Shown here: positions 9,969 through 17,300 of the stretch, piece by piece
How positions within the stretch are numbered: the stretch's first letter is position 1
Layout: each line of letters begins with the position of its first letter
Origin: Acidimicrobiales bacterium
GTDB lineage: Bacteria > Actinomycetota > Acidimicrobiia > Acidimicrobiales > Ilumatobacteraceae
Direction of reading: 5' to 3'
Assembly (NCBI GenBank): GCA_040002995.1
Contig: JBDUDK010000075.1
Coordinates: 24,160 to 88,159, forward strand
Length of the DNA stretch: 64,000 nucleotides
Translations under genes and position numbers: made by a program
The notes under the pieces: model-generated
The model's database searches: none
Told to the model about the DNA's origin: nothing
The model's input: only the letters and a program-made list of their open reading frames with translations

Positions 9969-10020
9969 ACTCTATGAAGCGCTCACTTCGTTGTCAACAA
10001 TCACCTCGTTAGATATGTTG
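9969..10020 (-). promoter_or_regulatory. Promoter-operator module A (-35 TTGACA, 17-bp spacer, -10 TAGAGT, two 9-bp direct repeats)
   Basis: On the minus strand, TTGACA is the reverse complement of 9992..9997. A 17-nt spacer follows, then TAGAGT (reverse complement of 9969..9974). Repeats AACGAGGTG and AACGAAGTG (plus strand 10002..10010 and 9984..9992) flank and overlap the -35. 32 of 37 nt are identical to module B. The block starts 87 nt from the SBP start codon. Confidence 0.6.
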
Positions 10021-10025
10021 GCCGC

Positions 10026-10787
10026 TTACCTAATGAGATCGAGGATGCCGCTCGCCCCCTCGACCTGAGCGGCCCGGCGATCGGCCTTTTGGAGCTGGCG
10101 GCTCCAGAACGCCTCCGCGCCATCGGCGTCGCCGGCGTTGATCAGCTCGATGAGGCGCTGGCAGCCGCGAACCGCGGCCTCCATGAACGTCTGCCGGAAG
10201 GCCTTCTCGGTGCGCCACTCGCTGGCCATGACGGTGATGTGGAGCTCGACGATGTCGGACAACAGACGTCCGAGCAGGGCGATCGTTTTGTTTCCGGTCA
10301 GCTCGAGCAGGAGGTAGTTGAACCCGGTCAGCAGGTCGAGGAAAGCGAAGAAGTCATCGCCGGTGGTTTCCATCGTGGCGACGTGCGTGCGGAGGGCCTT
10401 GATGTCGCTCGCCGAATGGTGCCGCGCGAGAAGTTTCGCCGCGGCCGGAAGCAGAAGCTCGAACGCCTCGTCGACATCGACGATCGTTGCGCCCTGATGC
10501 TGCAGAACCAGCCCGACGTGGCGTGCCGCGACCTTGACGCTCGGCGTGCGCACTACCGGGCCCTTGCGCGCGCCACGGCGGATGGAGATGAGGTCCTCGG
10601 CCTCGAGGATCCGGAACGCCTCTCGCAATGTTGGTCGCGAGACGCGGAAGGTCTCGCACAGTTCGCTCTCGACGGGGAGGTTGTCGCCCTCCTTCAGTTC
10701 ACCTCGGATGATGCGGCGCCGGATTTCATCGGCGACCAACTCCGACGTCTTTGGAACGCGCGTCTCGGTGAATGCTGCCCTGTTCAA
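10026..10787 (-). CDS. GntR-family transcriptional regulator (FadR/FCD subfamily)
   Basis: Winged-HTH LVADEIRRRIIRGELKEGDNLPVESELCETFRVSRPTLREAFRILEAEDLI followed by a helical FCD-like domain. The 314-aa track ORF is trimmed to a TTG at 10787, which overlaps the upstream stop (TTGA). The longer N-terminus would run through the cyclase gene. Confidence 0.75.
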   Translation of the reverse strand: MNRAAFTETRVPKTSELVADEIRRRIIRGELKEGDNLPVESELCETFRVSRPTLREAFRILEAEDLISIRRGARKGPVVRTPSVKVAARHVGLVLQHQGATIVDVDEAFELLLPAAAKLLARHHSASDIKALRTHVATMETTGDDFFAFLDLLTGFNYLLLELTGNKTIALLGRLLSDIVELHITVMASEWRTEKAFRQTFMEAAVRGCQRLIELINAGDADGAEAFWSRQLQKADRRAAQVEGASGILDLIR

Positions 10788-11725
10788 AGGATCGCCACGG
10801 GATTCACCGGCGAACCCGTGCCTCCCTGGATCCGGAGGGGCAACACCGAGAACAGGAACTCCCAGCGTCGCTCCCGGTCGCACGCCTCGGCGAGCCGGGA
10901 CAACTGCAGGTTGTCGAGGAGATGCACGCCCATCGCCACAAGGCAGCACTGATGCACAGGGATCGGCCATCCCGACTCGAGGTTCGGAGGCAGTGGATCG
11001 GAGACACCGTCGCTACCGATGACGGCGATGTCGTGATTGTGGATCCACGGAATGCACGATGGATGCAGACCGGCCAGGCCCACCATCACCGGGTCCCAGG
11101 GCCCGACGGCGGTCCTGCGGGCATCGCGCCCCGTGCGGACCAACAAGATGTCGCCAGGTTTGATACCGACGGCCTGCGCGCCGGCGGCCTGGTCGAGCTC
11201 ATCGGCCGAGATCGTGTCCCCCGGCTCCAACCAGTCGACCCCGCGAAGTCTCGGGATGTCGAGCAACACACCACGCCCGACGATGCCGCCGAACGCCGCT
11301 TCGATCGAGTTGTAGAGAGCACCGATGCTCTTGACGTCGGTGGCCGGGCGCCCGTTGTACATCTCGCCACCGACGAAGACATGGCAGAGCGCGTCGATGT
11401 GAGAGACGGCCATGCCGTGGAAGGCCACTCCGACATAGTCGAGCGACGTCTCGAGCCCGGGGACTCCAGTGGCGTCAAGGCTGTCACCCGCGATCAACAT
11501 CATGTGCTGGGCTGGCGTCGGATTCTCGATCGACGGCACGACGGGCAACTCCAACGCGCAACTCACGACAGTGCCCGTCTTCACCAACGCCGCGGCCGCC
11601 AACACATTCTTCTCAGTGATGAGGTTGAGTGCGCCGCGCTGGTCGTCGTCTCCCCAGCGGCCCCAATTCTTGACGGACTCGAACATCGCCCGCATATCGT
11701 CTGGCCCGACTCGATCGGCCATCAC
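10784..11725 (-). CDS. Cyclase-family protein (kynurenine-formamidase-like fold)
   Basis: 313 aa. The N-terminus VKNWGRWGDDDQRGALNLIT and the His-rich metal-site region (HIDALCHVF) are typical of the putative-cyclase family. Confidence 0.7.
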   Translation of the reverse strand: MMADRVGPDDMRAMFESVKNWGRWGDDDQRGALNLITEKNVLAAAALVKTGTVVSCALELPVVPSIENPTPAQHMMLIAGDSLDATGVPGLETSLDYVGVAFHGMAVSHIDALCHVFVGGEMYNGRPATDVKSIGALYNSIEAAFGGIVGRGVLLDIPRLRGVDWLEPGDTISADELDQAAGAQAVGIKPGDILLVRTGRDARRTAVGPWDPVMVGLAGLHPSCIPWIHNHDIAVIGSDGVSDPLPPNLESGWPIPVHQCCLVAMGVHLLDNLQLSRLAEACDRERRWEFLFSVLPLRIQGGTGSPVNPVAIL

Positions 11726-11744
11726 TTTCTCCTTCCGAAACGCC

Positions 11745-12917
11745 CTACGCCAACGCGGGGATGAGGTACTCCCCCGTCAGACGGAGGCTGCGCATGACGT
11801 CCTCGTGAGAGAGGGCGCCGAACTGCTGAAGCGACATCAAGCGATCGACGCCGATGTCGGCATACCGGCGGGCCTTGCGTATGCACGTGTCGACATCGCC
11901 GACGATGACCGACTCGACTCCCTCCATCACCTCGTACGCCTCTTCAGGATCGACCTCCATGCCGAGGGCTTGGCGGTTCATGAGACGGAGCAAGGGGATC
12001 GGGTCGTCGGGATCCATGTCGACCATGATCTTGCTTGGATCATGCTCGGCGCTGATGGAGCGCGTGTCGATGCCCTGCCCGCGGATCATGTTGGTCCAGA
12101 TCGTGCGAGGGACGGCAAAGATGCGCGGGGCCGCGTTCACGTACCACATGGCCGCTTCCGCGGCCCGGCTGGCGATCGCCTGCTCCTTGGTCTCCGCGCA
12201 GTGAAGGAACGTGAACACCGCCTTCTGGTTGTTGTCGACCTGGCTGATGGGCTTGACCACCTGGCGCCCCTCGTCGTAGCGGTCGAGGAACGCCTTCAGA
12301 AGTGAGAGAGGAGAAAGCAGTGTGGTGGCGAGCGCGCCCACGCCGATACTGCCTGCCATGAAGAACGCGTCGGGGCTCGACACCGTCTGCCACATGGGCG
12401 GGTGCGGCTTCTGAAGGGGCTTGGGCACGACCGTTCGCTCAGGGAACGAAATGTGCTTGCCTTCAAACTTGAAGGTCTCCTGCGTCCACATCATCGGGAG
12501 GAGTTCGAACATCTCTCGGATCTGCTCGTAGGTGATGTCGCCGTCGACGCCGAAGGTCTCCCATTCGGTACCCCCCGATCGGGCCAGGCCCATCTCGAGC
12601 CGGCCATCGCTCAAGATGTCAAGAACGGCTGCCCGCTCGGCCACCCGGAAGGGGTTGTTGATGTTGAACGGGCTGAGCACACCGGAGTGGCCGACGTGAA
12701 TGTCTTTGGTGTTCAGGGCGATGGCCGTGAGGGTGAGTTCGGGCGCGGAGCTGTAGGAGAACTCCGGCGCGCCGTGGTGCTCCACCGTCCACCAGCACTT
12801 GTAGCCGAGTCCGTCACACAGCTTGGCCTGCTCGATTGTGTCGGTGAACACCTTCTTCTCGTGCCCCGGTGGCCATGGCTTGACCATCTGCTGCTCTGAG
12901 AAGATGTCGAAATCCAC
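11745..12917 (-). CDS. LLM-class flavin-dependent oxidoreductase
   Basis: 390 aa. MDFDIFSEQQM...CWWTVEHHGAPEFSYSSAPE...RLEMGLARSGG is the pattern of luciferase-like monooxygenases. Confidence 0.75.
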   Translation of the reverse strand: MDFDIFSEQQMVKPWPPGHEKKVFTDTIEQAKLCDGLGYKCWWTVEHHGAPEFSYSSAPELTLTAIALNTKDIHVGHSGVLSPFNINNPFRVAERAAVLDILSDGRLEMGLARSGGTEWETFGVDGDITYEQIREMFELLPMMWTQETFKFEGKHISFPERTVVPKPLQKPHPPMWQTVSSPDAFFMAGSIGVGALATTLLSPLSLLKAFLDRYDEGRQVVKPISQVDNNQKAVFTFLHCAETKEQAIASRAAEAAMWYVNAAPRIFAVPRTIWTNMIRGQGIDTRSISAEHDPSKIMVDMDPDDPIPLLRLMNRQALGMEVDPEEAYEVMEGVESVIVGDVDTCIRKARRYADIGVDRLMSLQQFGALSHEDVMRSLRLTGEYLIPALA

Positions 12918-12988
12918 CGTGGCTCCCTTCAGACATCCGCGACGACAGCGCGGCCCCCGGGCGCGAGCCCATCCTTGCTGCGGCGGCG

Positions 12989-13040
12989 ATCGTATGGAAG
13001 GTGCACCTCGTTGTCAAGGATCACCTCGTTAGGTATGTGG
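12989..13040 (-). promoter_or_regulatory. Promoter-operator module B (-35 TTGACA, 17-bp spacer, -10 TACGAT, two AACGAGGTG direct repeats)
   Basis: Same architecture as module A. The -35 is the reverse complement of 13012..13017 and the -10 is the reverse complement of 12989..12994. The repeats lie at plus-strand 13004..13012 and 13022..13030. The block again starts exactly 87 nt from the downstream minus-strand start (12917), and lies immediately upstream of the divergent hydrolase gene. Confidence 0.6.
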
Positions 13041-13048
13041 GAACGCAC

Positions 13049-14203
13049 GTGACGCCGCACGCACTGGTTGATGGATGGTGCGACCCGGCGTTCGCCGGGG
13101 TCGGCGAAGCGTTTCGCGAGAACTTCGCCGATGGGCTCGAGACAGGCGCCGCCCTTTCGGTGAGCGTGGCCGGTCGACCCGTCGTTGATCTTTGGGGCGG
13201 CTGGGCCGAGCCCGAGGATCGCGTCGCGTGGGATCGCGACACCGTTGTCTGCGTCTTCTCGTGCAGCAAGGGCCTGCTCGCGCTCGTGGCGTTGCGTCTC
13301 GTCGAAGAAGGTCGTCTCGATCTCGACGCGCCGGTCAGCCGTTACTGGCCCGACTTCGGATCGGGCGCGAAGCAATCGGTTCTCGTTCGCCACCTCCTCA
13401 CCCACGAGGCGGGACTGCCGGCGGTGACACGCCAGTTGCCGTTTGGTTCGCTGCGCGACTGGGACGTGATGACCACCGCGCTGGCCGAGACCGACCCTTG
13501 GTGGGAACCGGGAACGGCTCACGGCTACCACGGAGTGACTTTCGGGTACTTGCTCGGCGAAGTACTTCGTCGGATCACCGGATCGCTTCCGACGGAGCTC
13601 TTCCGATCCACACTGGCCGATCGACTCGGCGTCGACATCGACCTGCGGGCAACGCCACGACAGCAGGGCCGCATCGCTGAGCTTTTCTTGGCGCCGAGTC
13701 CCGATGGCACATTCTTCGAGCACTGGGGGCCCGACGACCTCGGGCCCAAGTCGTTTTTCAACCCACCCGACTGCAGCGACGTCTCGTACACGAACTCCGC
13801 GGCTTTTCGCGAGTCAGAAATTCCCGGAGCCAATGGGTTCGGTACGGCGCGAGCGCTCGATCGCGCGTATTCGGTTCTGGCGTGCGGCGGTCAGCGCGGC
13901 GGGGAACGCATCATCAGCAACGACCTCGTCGCGGAGGCGGGCCGGACGCATGTCTCAGGCATTGATCGGGTGATGAACCTTCCCACCGCGTTTGGCCTCG
14001 GCTTCGAACACACCATTCCGGAATGGAAGTTCGGGCCCTCCCCCAACGCCTACGGGCACAACGGCTCGGGTGGGTCGCTCGGGCTGGTCGATCCCGACGT
14101 TGGCCTCAGTTTGGGGTACGTGATGAACCGTTTGTACTGGGGCAAAACGCGCGACGACCCGCGGTGGGAACGCCTTTTCGACACCATCTATAACGCTCTT
14201 TAG
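13049..14203 (+). CDS. Serine hydrolase, beta-lactamase/esterase family (paralogue of 2572..3723)
   Basis: S-x-x-K motif in VFSCSKGLLA. The track ORF starts at GTG 13001, but those first 16 codons are the conserved operator sequence. The in-frame GTG at 13049 gives an N-terminus collinear with the paralogue. Confidence 0.8.
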   Translation: MTPHALVDGWCDPAFAGVGEAFRENFADGLETGAALSVSVAGRPVVDLWGGWAEPEDRVAWDRDTVVCVFSCSKGLLALVALRLVEEGRLDLDAPVSRYWPDFGSGAKQSVLVRHLLTHEAGLPAVTRQLPFGSLRDWDVMTTALAETDPWWEPGTAHGYHGVTFGYLLGEVLRRITGSLPTELFRSTLADRLGVDIDLRATPRQQGRIAELFLAPSPDGTFFEHWGPDDLGPKSFFNPPDCSDVSYTNSAAFRESEIPGANGFGTARALDRAYSVLACGGQRGGERIISNDLVAEAGRTHVSGIDRVMNLPTAFGLGFEHTIPEWKFGPSPNAYGHNGSGGSLGLVDPDVGLSLGYVMNRLYWGKTRDDPRWERLFDTIYNAL

Positions 14204-14313
14204 CAGACTTGTCCGAAGGCGACAGGGCCTCCCACCAGGGCGTAAACCTGTGGCGACTAGCTCTTTAGTCAAGCTTTGTTAAAGGCCGGACCCTCGATGC
14301 CGACCTTGGAGTC

Positions 14314-17300
14314 ATGCGAGGCCGAACAAGAGCGGCCGTCGGCCTGACGGTTGCTGCCTGCATCGTGAGCACCGGTGTGCCGGCGGAACGCGCATACGCC
14401 GTTACGCCCACGATGGTGGCGAGCCCAGTGACGACCGCGACGACGCGTTTGGCGACGACGGCAGGGACGGCATTCCCGACGATGTCGGTGACATTGACCA
14501 ACAGCGCGGGCACTGCCGCCGTGGGAGTCACCGTCGTATTCAGCGTGCCGGCCACCGGGGCCACGGGCACGTTCGCGAGCACGGGGACCAACGTCGAGAC
14601 CCAGATCAGCGACGCGACCGGGAAAGCGACCGCGTCGACGTTCACCGCCAACGGCATGTCGGGCAACTTCACGCTCACCGCCAGCGCCATCGTCTCGGGT
14701 ACCAGCCTGACGGCCAGCTTCTTCCTCACTAACAGCGGATTCACCGTGGCCACAACATCGGGCTCACCGCAGTCGGCCAAAACCGGGATCGCGTTTGCTG
14801 CCCTGACGGCCACGGTGGCCGTCGACGGGAACCTCGTCAGCGGCGCCACCGTCACGTTCACCGCGCCGGCGAGCGGAGCCAGCGGCACGTTCGCCACCAC
14901 CGGCACCAACACGGCCACCGCCGTCACCAGCACGTTGGGCGTGGCCACCGCACCAACGTTCACCGCCAACGGCACCACCGGCAGCTACATCGTCACCGCC
15001 ACAGCATCTGGTGCGATCACGTCTGCCGCATTCGCACTAACCAACACCCCCACCGGTGTCCCCACCATGTTGCCGAGTCCGCTGACGACGGCCACCACTC
15101 GGTTGGCTACGACGGCGGGCACGGCGTATCCGACGATGTCGGTGCTGTTGACTAACAGCGCGGGTGCGCCTGCGGTGGGGGTCAACGTGATCTTCAGCGC
15201 TCCCGCCACCGGCGCGACGGGGACTTTTGCCGGCACCGGGACGAACGTCGAGACCCAGACCAGCGACGCGTCGGGACGAGCCACCGCGTCGACGTTCACC
15301 GCCAACGGCAGCTCGGGCGCCTTCACTCTCACCGCCAGCGCGGTGGTGTCGGGCACCAGCCTCACGGCGAGCTTCTTCCTCACGAATACGGGCTACACGG
15401 TCGCCATGACGTCGGGCTCCCCTCAGTCGGTGAAGACCGGTACGGCCTTCGCCGCCTTGACCGCCACGGTGGCGATCGACGGCAACCTCGTCAGCGGCGC
15501 CACCGTCACCTTCACCGCCCCGGCCAGCGGAGCGTCCGGCACGTTCGTCACTACCAACACCAACACCGCCACGGCCATTACGAATACGTTGGGAGTGGCG
15601 ACCGCCCCCACGTTCACCGCGAACGGCGTCACCGGCGCGTACACCCTCACTGCCACCACGCCCAGCGCCATCACGTCCGGCGCGTTCGCGTTGACGAACA
15701 CGCCCACCGGTGTGCCGACCATGTCGCCGACTCCATTGACGACCGCCACGACGCGTTTGGTCACGGTGGCGGGTACCGCGTTCCCGACGATGTCGGTTTT
15801 GTTGACCAACAGCGCCGGCGCGCCCGCGGTTGGGGTCAACGTGATCTTCAGCGTTCCCGCCACCGGTGCCACCGGCACTTTCGCCAGCACCGGAACCAAC
15901 GTCGAGACCCAGACCACCGACGCGTCGGGACGAGCCACCGCGTCGACCTTTACGGCCAACGGAAGCTCTGGCGCGTTCACCCTCACCGCTAGCGCCTTCG
16001 TGTCAGGGACCAGCCTCACGTCCAGCTTCTTTCTCACGAATACGGGCTACACGGTCGCCATGACGTCGGGCTCCCCTCAGTCGGTCAAGACCGGTACGGC
16101 CTTCGCCGCCATGACCGCCACCGTTGCGATCGACGGCAACCTCGTGAGCGGGGCCACTGTCACGTTCACCGCGCCAGCGAGCGGGGCGAGCGGCACGTTC
16201 GCCACCACCAACACCAACACCGCCACCGCCATCACGAACACCGTCGGTGTGGCGACGGCGCCGACGTTCACGGCCAACGGCACGACCGGCAGCTACACCG
16301 TGACGGCGAACACCCCGAGCGCCATCACGTCGGGCGCGTTCGCATTGACGAACACGCCCACCGGTGTGCCCACTATGTCTCCGACTCCGTTGACGACGGC
16401 CACGACGCGCCTGGCGACGGTGGCGGGGACGGCCTTCCCGACGATGTCGGTGCTGTTGACCAACAGCGCCGGAAGCCCCGCTGTCGGAATCCCGGTCACG
16501 TTCGCTGCTCCGAGCACGGGTGCTACGGGCACGTTTGCCGGCACGGGGACGAACGTCGATACCCAGACCAGTGACGCCGTGGGCCGAGCCACCGCGTCGA
16601 CGTTCACCGCGAACGGCAACTCGGGCACCTTTACCCTCACCGCGAGTGCGGTGGTGTCGAGCACCAGCCTCACGGCCAGCTTCTTTCTCACCAACACCGG
16701 CTACACGGTGGCGGTGAAGGAAGGAACTCCACAAACCGTAAAAGTGGCCACGGCCGCGGCGCCCTTGACGGCCACGGTGGCCATCGACGGCAACCTCGTG
16801 AGCGGGGCCACCGTCACCTTCACCGCGCCAGCGAGCGGGGCGAGCGGCACGTTCGCCACCACCAACACCAACACCGCCACCGCCGTCACCAACACCTCAG
16901 GCGTGGCCACCGCACCCATCTTCACGGCCAACGGCACCACCGGTGCCTACACCGTCACCGCGACCGCCCCGAGCGCCATCACGTCGGCCGCCTACTCACT
17001 CACCAACACCGCCGCGGGCGTGCCTACCGCCATCACCATCGTGGCCGGGAGCAACCAAACAAGTTCGGTCAACACCACCTATCCGACTCGGTTGCAAGTA
17101 TCAGTGACCGACATCAACGCCGCTCCTGTTAGTGGCGTCACCGTCACGTTCACGGCTCCGTCCGGTGGTAACAGCGGAACGTTCTCCTCGACACTCAACA
17201 ACGTCGCCACCGCCGTGACCAACAGTTCCGGAGTGGCCATCGCGCCGATCTTCACCGCCAACACCACGGCCGGGTGGTACTCCGTCAACGCGTCCGTTGC

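Noticed and set aside
10788-10970. N-terminal 61 codons of the 314-aa GntR ORF
   Set aside because: This extension overlaps the 3' end of the cyclase gene in another frame and is Pro/Arg/Gly-rich. A TTG at 10787 gives a normal-length GntR and a TTGA coupling overlap.
12929-13723. 264-aa minus-strand ORF opposite the serine hydrolase gene
   Set aside because: Antisense shadow. The plus frame has the S-x-x-K hydrolase motif and a full-length paralogue at 2572..3723.
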